NCBI GenBank assembly: GCA_031285625.1
Contig: JAITVV010000095.1
Location: 1 to 64,000 of the forward strand
Direction of reading: 5' to 3'
DNA: 64,000 bases
Origin: Prevotella sp.
GTDB lineage: Bacteria; Bacteroidota; Bacteroidia; Bacteroidales; Dysgonomonadaceae
The translations under genes were made by a program, and so were the position numbers. Positions 17,530-27,599 of the stretch are shown one piece after another (position 1 is the first letter of the stretch; each line of letters begins with the position of its first letter). The notes under the pieces were generated by a model. That model was not told where the DNA came from. It did no database searches and saw only the letters and a list, made by a program, of their open reading frames with translations.

Positions 17530-17625
17530 GATTCTACAAGAAGCATAAAACTGTTTATACGGGTTTGGCTTTGAGTTAATTTGTGGATAAGGCATTCGGG
17601 CGTGAATAACCCGGATGCCGTTTTC
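17530..17625 (+). ncRNA. rteR: RteR-like small RNA (~95 nt)
   Basis: TATATTTG -7 motif at 17517-17524; GGCATTCGGG-N9-CCCGGATGCC terminator plus T-run at 17591-17632; size and position between DUF3945 and DUF1896 match rteR as recalled for CTnDOT. Confidence 0.65.
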
Positions 17626-17866
17626 GTTTTTTCCTCTTATATACAATCAATCAAAGGTATTTCCCCGCCAGACACATTTGCTTTCAGTTGGTGCAGGAGA
17701 CGTTCCGTCTTTTCCTTTCCCTGAAACCAAACAAGTCTTTTCAGCGGTGAATACCCCTGCTGTTCCTTATCCGCAAGAGAAGCCTGTTGCCACACTTGCG
17801 TATGAAAGCCAAAGGAACAGTATCCTATTTTCAATTTTATCCACACATTAATTCAAAAGTCATACA

Positions 17867-18301
17867 ATGAAGAAAAAAGATAAACAGGAATTATCCTACT
17901 ATGGACTCCTATTGCTCTCGTACCTGAAAGAGAGCCACCCCCAATTAACGACTGATGATGATTTTATCCGGCTTCGCTCCGAATCAGCCGCCGAAAGTTA
18001 CGCCGATGCTATTGCCAACGGATATTCTCACCCATCAGCAGAAGAAATAGCTTCCTCCATATTATATGAAGGACTGCTGTTCTCCCGCTACGATACCATC
18101 CGCAATGTCCTTATCAATGAATTTACGATCGTTCCGGCAGAAAGGATAGACAGCCTTGCATTGGAACTGATTGTGCCCTGCGAAGAAGTTTTTGCTGAAT
18201 ACCCTATCAGCGACACATTCGCTTCCTCTCCCGAATATACCACACTGTACACCGAACTGGTTGGATTTATAGATATATGGAGGGAAGAAAATGAGCTATA
18301 A
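17867..18301 (+). CDS. DUF1896 family protein
   Basis: [18 protein letters not shown]; [10 protein letters not shown]; LYTELVG; overlaps the helicase start. Confidence 0.88.
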   Translation: MKKKDKQELSYYGLLLLSYLKESHPQLTTDDDFIRLRSESAAESYADAIANGYSHPSAEEIASSILYEGLLFSRYDTIRNVLINEFTIVPAERIDSLALELIVPCEEVFAEYPISDTFASSPEYTTLYTELVGFIDIWREENEL

Positions 18302-21300
18302 CAAAAAGGCTCATTTACGAGCCAATATAGATGCTATCAAAATCGCCCTGATACTTGATAGAGAAAACCGTCCGGCAACGGATGCGGAAATACAGGTGTT
18401 GCAGCAGTACAGCGGATTCGGAGGACTGAAATGTGTGTTGAATCCTGCCTCCACCCTTGCCGATACCGATGCGTGGGCAAAGTCGGAACTGGAACTCTTT
18501 CCCCTTGTTTCCGAATTGCACAGTGTGATTCGGGAACATACAAACAGTGAGCGGGAATACCGCAGTTGTATGTCGAGCATTCAAAACTCCGTACTATCTG
18601 CGTTCTACACACCACCGGAAGTTATACATAGTATCAACGATGCTTTGCAGGAGAATGGGATAGCCATCAATCGTTTCCTTGACCCATCGGCAGGCATCGG
18701 CGCTTTCCCGTCCCAATTCAAATTGGCGGAGGGAACAGAGAGTATTTGTTTTGAAAAAGACCTGCTGACCGGAAAGATACTTTCCGCCCTGCATCCCGGA
18801 AGCAATGTATATACAGAAGGCTTTGAACGCATCGAGGGACGCTACACTAATTATTTCGATGTGGTAGCCTCCAATATTCCATTCGGGGAGATGAAAGTCT
18901 TCGACCCTGTTCTTTCTAAAAGCAAGGATACCGCCGTACAGCAATCGACCAAAGCCATTCACAACTATTTCTTTGTCAAGGGCATGGAATCCTTACGCGA
19001 GGGTGGTGTGATGGCTTTTATCACCTCACAGGGAGTAATGAACACTCCAAATAACGAACCCATCCGCAAGTGGCTGATGGAAAACGCCAATCTGGTATCG
19101 GCTATCCGTCTGCCCAATAACCTGTTTACCGAGAGTGCAGGAACAGAAGTCGGCAGCGATTTGATTGTCCTGCAAAAGAATACGGGAAAGGATAAGCCAT
19201 TGAATATCTGGGAGGAATATTTTATCACCAGTTCCAAATCGGAAGAAACAGAAAGTTTCAAGAATGATTATTTCTATAACAATGGAAGGGTTGTCCATAC
19301 GAAAACCTTTATGGGTACAGACCCGTATGGAAAACCGGCACAGGTATTCCTGCACGAGGGAAGTATGGCGGAAATAGCCGATACGATGGGGCAGATGCTC
19401 CGAAGCGATTTGAACGCCAATATGGATATGAAACTGTACCGTAGCCATTCCCTGAAGCAGCACATTAGCGAAGAGATGCCGACAGAGAAAGACCTGCAAG
19501 AGATGGCGGCACACTTTGAGAATTTGGATAAGAAGTTTTTCGAGCAGCATCCGCCCACTCCCGAAGATTACGAAGTGAAAGAAACGGGAGAGGAAAAGCC
19601 GGAAGTATCACCCACAACCAATGACCTTAATCCTCTTTGGCAGGCAGGTGACCTCGACTCCTTTTGGCAAGCCATCGAAGACGACTGGTTCCCGGCCGAA
19701 AAAGCATTTTGGGAAAAGGAAAGCCAAACTGTTGCTAAAACGCCAACACCACAAGTCGCATCAGTGCCAACAGAGCAACCAACAGTGGAGATAAAGCCAC
19801 AATCAAAACCGGAAACTGTAACACAGGAACCACTTATGAGTCTCTATGACCTGTTTGGCTTTTCGGAAGAAGAACGCACACAAGTCAAACCGAAGCGAGG
19901 ACAGAAGAAAAGTAGCCCCCTAAATCCCCCAAAGGGGACTTCTGCTACTCCTCCCCGTGAAAATAGAGAAGGACAATATCCTGTAACAGATGCCCGAAAG
20001 GAAGAACAACAGGAAATGTTACGGGAAGAAGAACGAAAGAAAACGTTTGAGGTTCGCCCATTTGCAGGAGAACTCAAAGAGTACCACAAACGCGGCTCAT
20101 TAGTAGAAGACAAGGGGCAGGTCGGTTTTCTGAAAGAACGCTACCGGGACGGAGCCGAGTTTCAGGCATTGGATTTGACTTTCGACCAACGGGCGAAAAT
20201 TGGCAGATATATTGAAATACGGGATACCTATCACAGCCTGTATAATCATGAAGCCGGGCATCTGACCGAACATGCCTCGCTGCGTGGCAATCTGAATCTA
20301 TACTATGATTCATTTGTACGCAGATACGGCAATCTGAATGATAAAAAGAATCTGGATGTTATAAAAATGGATGCAGGGGCAACCGCTATACTTACTTTGG
20401 AACGGAGTATCAACGGTGAGATGGTAAAAGCGGATATTTTCGACCATCCCGTAGCCTTCAATCCCAACGAAATAACAGCAGTCAATACATCGGAGGAAGC
20501 CCTGATAGCTTCCCTGAACAAGCACGGCGAGTTTCAAATAGACTATATGCTTTCCCTGTTGGAGAATAAAACACCCGAAGAACTCATTAACGACCTTGAA
20601 GGGAGAGTCTATTTCAATCCCATGATTCAGAACTTTGAGATACGGGACAAGTTCATTGCCGGAAATGTAGTCGAAAAAGCGGAGCGGATAGAACGCTACT
20701 TAGCCAACCACTCCGAAGACCTGCATTCGCAAAAATCCTTAGCTGCCCTGCACGATGCGAAGCCCCAGCCTATCCGCTATGAAGAACTGGACTTCAACTT
20801 CGGGGAACGCTGGATACCCATGAATGTATATGAAGAGTATGCCTCTAAATTGTTCGAGACCCCTGTCCAGATAGATTATTATGCCTCACGGGACGACTTC
20901 AATGTATCGGCCAAGCATCACAACCTTATCATTTACGAAAAGTTTGGCGTCAAAAGCGAATCACAGCTGTTCAACGGCATTCACCTGATGAAGAATGCTT
21001 TGCTGAACACCACGCCCAACATTACCAAAACGGTGGATGTACTGGACAAGACAACAGGGGAAATGAAAAAAGCAAAAGTCCCCGATGCCGAAGCCATCCA
21101 ATTAGCCAACAGCAAGATTGACGAGATACGGAATGGCTTTTCCGACTGGCTGGACGACCAACCAAAGGAGTATAAGGACAATCTGACGGACTTGTACAAT
21201 CGCAAGTTCAACTGCTTTGTCCGTCCACAGTACGATGGTTCACACCAGACATTCCCCGGTTTGGACTTGAAAGGATTGGGTATCCCTGACTTGTACCAAT

Positions 21301-24092
21301 CACAAAAAGACTGTATCTGGATGCAGAAGCTGCTGGGCGGGGGCATAGCCGACCATGAAGTCGGGGGCGGTAAAACCCTTATCATGTGTGTATCGGCGTA
21401 TGAGATGAAGCGCTTGGGTATCGCCAACAAGCCGATGATTATAGGACTGAAAGCCAACGTGCATGAAATCGCCCATACCTTTAAGACCGCCTATCCCCAT
21501 GCGAAGATACTCTATCCCGGCAAGGAGGATTTTACACCGCAGAACCGGCAGAAGATTTTCAACCAAATCAAAAACAACGATTGGGATTGCGTGATTCTCA
21601 CCCACGACCAGTTCGGCAAGATACCCCAGTCCCCCGAAATACAACAGGAAATATTTTTGGAAGAACTGGATAGTGTAGAAGAAAACCTTCGCATACTGGA
21701 AAACCAGACAGGCAAAGCCGCATCCAAACGGATGAGACGAGGATTGGAAGTGCGGAAAAACAATCTGGAAGTGAAACTTTCAACCCTTTCCGAGCAAATA
21801 AAGAACCGTACCGATGATACGGTCGATTTCAGATTAATGGGCATTGACCATTTGTTCGTAGATGAGAGCCACCAGTTCAAGAACCTGATGTTCACCACCC
21901 GCCACGACAGGGTAGCGGGCTTGGGAAATCCCGAAGGCAGCCAGCGGGCGATGAACATGCTTTTTGCCCTGCGTACCATGCAGGAACGGAAAGACAAAGA
22001 CCTGTGCGCCACCTTCCTGTCGGGGACGACTATCTCCAATTCGCTGACGGAACTCTACCTCTTGTTCAAATACCTGCGCCCAAAAGAGTTGGAAAAACAG
22101 GAAATCCGTTCCTTTGACGCATGGGCAGCTATCTTTGCCAAGAAGACAACCGACTTCGAGTTCTCCGTTACCAACCAGATTGTAGCCAAAGAAAGGTTCA
22201 GGTATTTTATCAAAGTACCGGAGCTGGCTGCCTTCTACAATGAGATAACGGATTACCGTACCGCCAAAGACATCGGTATCGACCGACCCGAAAAGAACGA
22301 GATACTGCATAACATCCCGCCTACACCACAGCAGGAAGTCTTTATCCAAAAACTGATGCAGTTTGCCCAAACCGGAGATGCTACCATCTTAGGCAGAGAG
22401 CCGCTCAATGAAAAAGAAGACAAAGCCAAGATGCTGATTGCTACCGACTATGCCCGTAAAATGGCGTTGGATATGCGGATGATAGACCCGGCATACGATG
22501 ACCACATAGACAACAAGGCATCCCATTGCGCCGCTAAGGTAGCGGAGTATTACAATAAGTATAATGAACAGAAAGGGACACAGTTTATCTTTTCCGATCT
22601 GGGGACATATAAGCCCAATGAATGGAATCCCTATTCGGAGATAAAGCGCAAGCTGGTGGAAGATCACGGTATCCCCGCCCATGAGATACGCTTTATACAG
22701 GAAGCCAAGACAGAGAACTCCCGAAAGGCGATGATTGAAGCTATGAACGAGGGGCGGATACGCGTTTTGTTCGGCTCTACCTCCATGTTAGGAACAGGTG
22801 TCAATGCGCAAAAGAGGGCTGTTGCCCTCCATCATTGTGATATTCCGTGGCGGCCATCGGATTTGGCCCAGCGCGATGGAAGGGCAGTCCGCAAGGGGAA
22901 TGAAGTAGCCAAAGCATTCGCAGGGGATAAGGTGGATATTATCATTTATGCTGTTGAGAAATCACTGGACTCCTACAAGTTCAACCTGCTGCAGAACAAG
23001 CAGACCTTTATCAACCAGCTAAAGACAAATACGCTCGGTAGCCGTACCATAGACGAAGGAAGTATGGACGAGGGAAGCGGTATGAACTTTTCGGAGTATG
23101 TGGCTATTCTTTCCGGCAATACCGACTTGTTGGAGAAAGCCAAATTAGAGAAAAAAATCAATACGTTGGAATCCGAAAGGCGTTCTTTTGAGAAAGGCAA
23201 ATCTTCGGCTATCTACAAATTGGACGACAGCAACCGCCAGTTGGACAGCAATAAAGAGTTCATTTCCCGTATGACACAGGACTGGGATATTTTCACTTCA
23301 CGGGTACAGAAAGACAGGGAAGGCAATTACCTGAATCCAATCAAGTTGGATAATTTCGACAATACAGATCCGAAAGCTATCGGTAAAAGGCTGAATGAGA
23401 TTGCGGATAATGCCCGCACCAATATGGAATACTTCAATATTGGGGAACTGTATGGCTTTAAGATTGCGGTCAAGTCGGAACCCAGCCAAAAGGAAGGCGT
23501 ACTTTTCAATGACAACCGTTTCTTTATCATTGGGGACAGTGGTGTAAAGTATAACTATAACAACGGGCATCTGGCTGTCGATCCTCTGACTGCTTCCAAA
23601 AACTTTATCAATGCGTTGGATAAGATTCCTTCAATGCTGGAGCAGTACGAAGAAAAGAACAAAAGGATAGAGGCGGATATTCCTGTCTTGAAAGAGGTTG
23701 TCGAATCTTCATGGAAGAAAGAGCCGGAACTCAGAGAGTTGAAATCGCAACTATCGGCTTTGGAACGGAATATCCAATTAACACTTAGTACCAAACCGGA
23801 GACTGTTGATGGGGAGATTGTCAGCAAAGAGGACATGCAGAAAACCATAGAGCGGGAAGATACTGTTCCGGTAAATAACGCCACTACTATACAACCCTTT
23901 TCCTCCGGTAATGTCGATAATATACGTTCTTCTCAACCACAATCGGTTAAAGAAATCATCGAATCGGCAGGTAATCGGTTGATTATAGCAGGCATGAAGG
24001 AGCGGGAAAGTAAGAACGAGGTTTCCGAACCGTCAAAGGAAGAAATTACCATACAGCCACCTGTACAGCAATCCCGCCGATTCAAACTGTAG
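18291..24092 (+). CDS. N6-adenine DNA methylase / SNF2-type helicase fusion (BmhA/DarB-like)
   Basis: [14 protein letters not shown] and NIPF (methylase); [15 protein letters not shown] and [11 protein letters not shown] (SF2 helicase). Confidence 0.92.
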   Translation: MSYNKKAHLRANIDAIKIALILDRENRPATDAEIQVLQQYSGFGGLKCVLNPASTLADTDAWAKSELELFPLVSELHSVIREHTNSEREYRSCMSSIQNSVLSAFYTPPEVIHSINDALQENGIAINRFLDPSAGIGAFPSQFKLAEGTESICFEKDLLTGKILSALHPGSNVYTEGFERIEGRYTNYFDVVASNIPFGEMKVFDPVLSKSKDTAVQQSTKAIHNYFFVKGMESLREGGVMAFITSQGVMNTPNNEPIRKWLMENANLVSAIRLPNNLFTESAGTEVGSDLIVLQKNTGKDKPLNIWEEYFITSSKSEETESFKNDYFYNNGRVVHTKTFMGTDPYGKPAQVFLHEGSMAEIADTMGQMLRSDLNANMDMKLYRSHSLKQHISEEMPTEKDLQEMAAHFENLDKKFFEQHPPTPEDYEVKETGEEKPEVSPTTNDLNPLWQAGDLDSFWQAIEDDWFPAEKAFWEKESQTVAKTPTPQVASVPTEQPTVEIKPQSKPETVTQEPLMSLYDLFGFSEEERTQVKPKRGQKKSSPLNPPKGTSATPPRENREGQYPVTDARKEEQQEMLREEERKKTFEVRPFAGELKEYHKRGSLVEDKGQVGFLKERYRDGAEFQALDLTFDQRAKIGRYIEIRDTYHSLYNHEAGHLTEHASLRGNLNLYYDSFVRRYGNLNDKKNLDVIKMDAGATAILTLERSINGEMVKADIFDHPVAFNPNEITAVNTSEEALIASLNKHGEFQIDYMLSLLENKTPEELINDLEGRVYFNPMIQNFEIRDKFIAGNVVEKAERIERYLANHSEDLHSQKSLAALHDAKPQPIRYEELDFNFGERWIPMNVYEEYASKLFETPVQIDYYASRDDFNVSAKHHNLIIYEKFGVKSESQLFNGIHLMKNALLNTTPNITKTVDVLDKTTGEMKKAKVPDAEAIQLANSKIDEIRNGFSDWLDDQPKEYKDNLTDLYNRKFNCFVRPQYDGSHQTFPGLDLKGLGIPDLYQSQKDCIWMQKLLGGGIADHEVGGGKTLIMCVSAYEMKRLGIANKPMIIGLKANVHEIAHTFKTAYPHAKILYPGKEDFTPQNRQKIFNQIKNNDWDCVILTHDQFGKIPQSPEIQQEIFLEELDSVEENLRILENQTGKAASKRMRRGLEVRKNNLEVKLSTLSEQIKNRTDDTVDFRLMGIDHLFVDESHQFKNLMFTTRHDRVAGLGNPEGSQRAMNMLFALRTMQERKDKDLCATFLSGTTISNSLTELYLLFKYLRPKELEKQEIRSFDAWAAIFAKKTTDFEFSVTNQIVAKERFRYFIKVPELAAFYNEITDYRTAKDIGIDRPEKNEILHNIPPTPQQEVFIQKLMQFAQTGDATILGREPLNEKEDKAKMLIATDYARKMALDMRMIDPAYDDHIDNKASHCAAKVAEYYNKYNEQKGTQFIFSDLGTYKPNEWNPYSEIKRKLVEDHGIPAHEIRFIQEAKTENSRKAMIEAMNEGRIRVLFGSTSMLGTGVNAQKRAVALHHCDIPWRPSDLAQRDGRAVRKGNEVAKAFAGDKVDIIIYAVEKSLDSYKFNLLQNKQTFINQLKTNTLGSRTIDEGSMDEGSGMNFSEYVAILSGNTDLLEKAKLEKKINTLESERRSFEKGKSSAIYKLDDSNRQLDSNKEFISRMTQDWDIFTSRVQKDREGNYLNPIKLDNFDNTDPKAIGKRLNEIADNARTNMEYFNIGELYGFKIAVKSEPSQKEGVLFNDNRFFIIGDSGVKYNYNNGHLAVDPLTASKNFINALDKIPSMLEQYEEKNKRIEADIPVLKEVVESSWKKEPELRELKSQLSALERNIQLTLSTKPETVDGEIVSKEDMQKTIEREDTVPVNNATTIQPFSSGNVDNIRSSQPQSVKEIIESAGNRLIIAGMKERESKNEVSEPSKEEITIQPPVQQSRRFKL

Positions 24093-24181
24093 ATGCACAA
24101 ACACTACCTGCTTTGTTAAACAAAAATATATTTTTGTTTAACAAACGGAATGTTAATGATGCACACGATTCGGATAACAGA

Positions 24182-24218
24182 AAAAGCCTCTGCATTCAAC
24201 TTGATGCAGAGGCTTTTG
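24182..24218. terminator. Bidirectional intrinsic terminator
   Basis: aaaagcctctgcat...atgcagaggctttt between convergent genes. Confidence 0.7.
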
Positions 24219-24240
24219 TCTTCATGTACGACAGGGGCGG

Positions 24241-24540
24241 TTAGCCCGCGAAGTCGTCCCGTCCGGTGGTGTCTTTCGACAGGTGTTCCCTGACGAACGT
24301 TTTTACATCGGACTCGTAGTACAGGGTTTTCTGTCCAACCTGAATGTATTTCAATGCCCCGATGCTGCGGTAACGTTGCAGGCTTCGCTTGCTCAGTTTC
24401 AGCATCAGGCATAAATCCTGATTGTCATACAACCTCTCCCCATTCAGGATATTCCGTGTTTTTACGCACGAAAGAACCTCGTCCAGTCTTCCCAGTATGG
24501 AAGACACGGCAGTGTCAAACTTCTTTTCATCTATTTCCAT
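24241..24540 (-). CDS. Helix-turn-helix (excisionase/MerR-like) protein
   Basis: GERLYDNQDLCLMLKLSKRSLQRYRSIG.L.Y...KTLYYESDV. Confidence 0.85.
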   Translation of the reverse strand: MEIDEKKFDTAVSSILGRLDEVLSCVKTRNILNGERLYDNQDLCLMLKLSKRSLQRYRSIGALKYIQVGQKTLYYESDVKTFVREHLSKDTTGRDDFAG

Positions 24541-24819
24541 TTGTGTTACTTAAAAATATGATGCAAAGGTCTGATGTTGAGATATGTTTTATTCCACAGT
24601 GGGGTGAAGTATTTTTAGTATTCAGTTGTAATGCGCTGATAAACAACAAGGATGAAGTCGCTGATGGAGAGGCTGGGGAAGAGGAAACTGGGGTGTTGAT
24701 TGACCTCGTTTTAGTTTTCCCGATTACGCCCATTGCTTTTACATTTGCAATTGATTCGAAGTGTGGCTGAATATCGGTAATATTCGCTTCTTTTTCGTAC
24801 ACCAGCATGTGTCTATTTT

Positions 24820-25422
24820 TCACTCTTTCGGGCCAAATGCACCTTTATAATATTGATAGCTTTCCTCTATGTTTTCTGCCGTATCAGCATCCAACGCATA
24901 GAGTATTTCGCGGCAAAACTCCAATTGTGATGTTCCGCCGGCGGTAACAATATTTCCATCTCTTACAGCCCGCTTGTTGATATACAGGTCTTCGCCGGTG
25001 TATTTATCTCCAGCATATTGCTTTATATAATCCAGCCCGTTACTCGTATGTTTTATGTTGTTGAGAAAACCATGCCTGCCCAGAAAGACCGAAGCGTTGC
25101 ATATTCCGGCAACTAATTTGCTTTCCTCGATTGCTTTCTCAACCAAAGGGACAAGCTGTTCGGCTTCAGGGGTAAAACAACTCATTCCGCCAACCAGTAC
25201 TAATCCGGCATGATTGTCGGGCAGCGTATTCATATCATAGTCGGGTAGAACCTTAAACCCGCCAATGGACATAACCGGTTCTTTACTTACCGACATCGTC
25301 TTTACCGTAAATGGAACCGGACTGCCGGGTTTCACTCCCTGATTCAGGCAAATGGCGATATGTGCTCCTTCCCAGTCGGCAAAACCATCGAGAAGTATAA
25401 AAATGATTTCTTTTTTGTTCAT
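24820..25422 (-). CDS. DJ-1/PfpI family (type 1 glutamine amidotransferase-like) protein
   Basis: FADWEG; LVLVGG; AGICNA; AVRDGNIVTA. Confidence 0.88.
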   Translation of the reverse strand: MNKKEIIFILLDGFADWEGAHIAICLNQGVKPGSPVPFTVKTMSVSKEPVMSIGGFKVLPDYDMNTLPDNHAGLVLVGGMSCFTPEAEQLVPLVEKAIEESKLVAGICNASVFLGRHGFLNNIKHTSNGLDYIKQYAGDKYTGEDLYINKRAVRDGNIVTAGGTSQLEFCREILYALDADTAENIEESYQYYKGAFGPKE

Positions 25423-25534
25423 TGTGTATTATTTAAATTATTGCTTAAGTTCTAATTCAAACAGTTTGAATTTTCGTTTAAACTGAATTGGAAACAGAAC
25501 CACTAACAGCCAAAGGTTTCCGGTTTATCTTCAT

Positions 25535-25772
25535 AAAGAAAAAGCGTGAACCCACACTGCTCCATCGCGTGGTACTGGCATACCCGAAAACGAAACAGGC
25601 AAGTCCACGCCATACTGATGTATAGCACGAACATTGCACGGTTCGTCTCGTTTCCTGTTGAAAAGTGCCAGTTTTCGCGATGAGACGTTCAGTGAACGTT
25701 ATGTTATTATATATAAGGTGGCCTCATTCTAAATGAAAGCCATCTTTGTGATCCTTGTCAGTGACAAAGATA
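25535..25772 (-). promoter_or_regulatory. Promoter and structured 5' leader of the DJ-1 gene (attenuator-like)
   Basis: TATCTTTG at 25772-25765; four nested helices plus a crossing helix followed by a U-run (see findings). Confidence 0.55.
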
Positions 25773-25774
25773 GT

Positions 25775-26459
25775 TCATTTTTTTCGGTCTGCCTCCTCCA
25801 TGCGGTCATTTAAGACTTTTATGAGCCTGTCAAGGAAAGCGGTACTATTTTTCCGGTTGCGTATTTCCATAAACGTATGGTAATAATCGCCCAAGTCTAC
25901 ATTGAGCATGACTTCAATACAGACTACGATTTCCTTGATGGTGGCATGCCCGTGGTTGAAACAGCCCGCTGCGTCCAGAGCATAGATCAGCTCGACCAAT
26001 TCGACTTTGCTGCCTGTCCAGGTCAGTCTTACTTTCGGAAGTGAAAGCAGAGCTTCTTCTTCTGTATCAGCGAGATTTCTTCTTTTGTACAGGGCAAGCA
26101 ACTTGTTTCCGGGGAAAGGATACTTACTTTCGGAAACAGATTTAGGCTTGCTGTCAGGCGCATTGATCCGCCATTCCAGCACCTGCATACCTAATTCCAG
26201 CAGGTACATGGATTTGAAGGCTGTTGTCAGGGCATTTTTTTCCCTGCTCGCCGGAAAAGTGTTCACATAGCCCGGCAAGTTTCAAATGAACGAATCCAAA
26301 ACTGTAATAGAGTTCCGCCGGGTTGGTTTCCGACTGTATCCTTGCCAAAACGTTCAAGGCAAATTCTTCATAAGACTCTTCTAACTGTGAAGCATGAGCT
26401 TCATTCTGTGGGGCTTCCGACAATATGCGGAACAACCCCGATTGCATTAAATGTTGCAT
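25775..26459 (-). CDS. rteC: RteC-family regulator split across two frames at a GGG-A7 run (26235-26244)
   Basis: ORF1 MQHLMQS...EQGKKC; ORF2 EKNALTT...LTWTGSKVELVELIYAL...YHTFMEIRNRKNSTAFLDRL (RteC domain); a +1 shift joins them. Confidence 0.75.
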
Positions 26460-26706
26460 AATCGTTAATTTTAATGTTACCAATAATCTTTAATTGACTA
26501 TACATCAGTATTTTCTTGATCTTGATCTTGTCCATATTATATATGTAATTTTATGATGTTCAGGTTATGTTCGACAATCATTATCGTATTTTCCGCATCT
26601 GCTAATGATTGTGGTGCAAATATATTCAAAGAGTATTAGTCGGCTTTTATCTTTCTTGCAAAATTCGCTTCGTATATTGTATAATATCATCCTTATCACC
26701 CTGACG

Positions 26707-26736
26707 CCCTACCACTCGACTGCCAACTTATACCAC
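26707..26736 (+). promoter_or_regulatory. Candidate activator (RteC-type) box upstream of the HTH pair
   Basis: CCCTACCACT-cGAc-TGCCAA-ctta-TACCAC; matches 15605-15634. Confidence 0.5.
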
Positions 26737-26813
26737 CGGTATTGCATTCCTTGATTTTTCCGATAAATTTCGCTTTTCTTTGCATTTCCAAATAAAATAC
26801 AGGAAAAGAGTAT

Positions 26814-27098
26814 ATGGAAATACGCATGATTGAAGGAAAGACTTTCGAGAAGCTAAAAATGTGTGTTGCCGACCTGCTGGCGCAAATCGACACCTTACAT
26901 GCCGAGCCAGAGAATGGCTGGTTGGATAACCAGGCGGTTTGCCGGATTCTGGGTATCAGTAAACGCTCGCTCCAGACATTCCGGGATAAGGGGTTGATTC
27001 CCTATTCCCAGATCGGGCATAAATGCTTTTACAAACAGGAGGACGTGATGGAATTTCTCGAAAAGAACCGTGTTGAACGACTAAAAAAGCAGGAATAA
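26814..27098 (+). CDS. HTH excisionase-like protein (Xis2c-like)
   Basis: WLDNQAVCRILGISKRSLQTFRDKGLIPYSQIGHKCFYK. Confidence 0.87.
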   Translation: MEIRMIEGKTFEKLKMCVADLLAQIDTLHAEPENGWLDNQAVCRILGISKRSLQTFRDKGLIPYSQIGHKCFYKQEDVMEFLEKNRVERLKKQE

Positions 27099-27409
27099 TG
27101 AATATAGATGATGTTTTGGATTCCCGTTCACCGGAAATAAACGGATTGCTTGCCACTATACGCATAGCTACTAACAAGGTTTTCAAGTACAAGCAATTAC
27201 GGAAACCTACCTTGCTGGGCGAAACTTTCCTGACCAACAGGGAGGTTTGCAAGACGTTGGGCTTGGGTCTCCGTACTTTACAGGATTACAGGGAGCGGGG
27301 ACATCTTGCCTACTACAAGATTGAGGGCAAGATCCTGTATAAGCTGTCGGATGTGCTACAAATGCTTGAAAATAATTATTTTGATGTGTGGAAGAGGAAG
27401 CGGGTGTGA
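27098..27409 (+). CDS. HTH excisionase-like protein (Xis2d-like)
   Basis: GETFLTNREVCKTLGLGLRTLQDYRERG..YYKIEGKILYK; TAATG coupling to the previous gene. Confidence 0.87.
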   Translation: MNIDDVLDSRSPEINGLLATIRIATNKVFKYKQLRKPTLLGETFLTNREVCKTLGLGLRTLQDYRERGHLAYYKIEGKILYKLSDVLQMLENNYFDVWKRKRV

Positions 27410-27599
27410 ACAGGTAAGAGGGAATGAATTTCAGTCCAATTTGAAATTTCACTATATCGAAAAACGGTAAGAAATAAGATTCTAAATTCTTGGGGGCATC
27501 AAAATTATTACATATATTTGTAATTCAGGCGGTAGACAGGTCGATGGTACTTGTAAAGGGGATGGTGGTTTGCCCACTATCTCTGCCTGTTTTAATACG

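Noticed and set aside
17403-17590. Invertible promoter flanked by 22-bp inverted repeats
   Set aside because: Not excluded, but the right repeat lies inside a promoter-terminator unit and a third copy precedes the next gene; no adjacent invertase. Kept only as an alternative.
17403-17845. Three perfect DnaA boxes (TTATCCACA) suggesting an origin
   Set aside because: Each is part of a longer ~21-22 bp motif tied to start codons or to the sRNA seed; there is no unwinding element or rep gene, so antisense pairing explains them better.
17637-17846. 69-aa minus-strand ORF between the sRNA and DUF1896
   Set aside because: Its start lies in the leader motif, it is antisense to the operon, and it has no recognisable motif.
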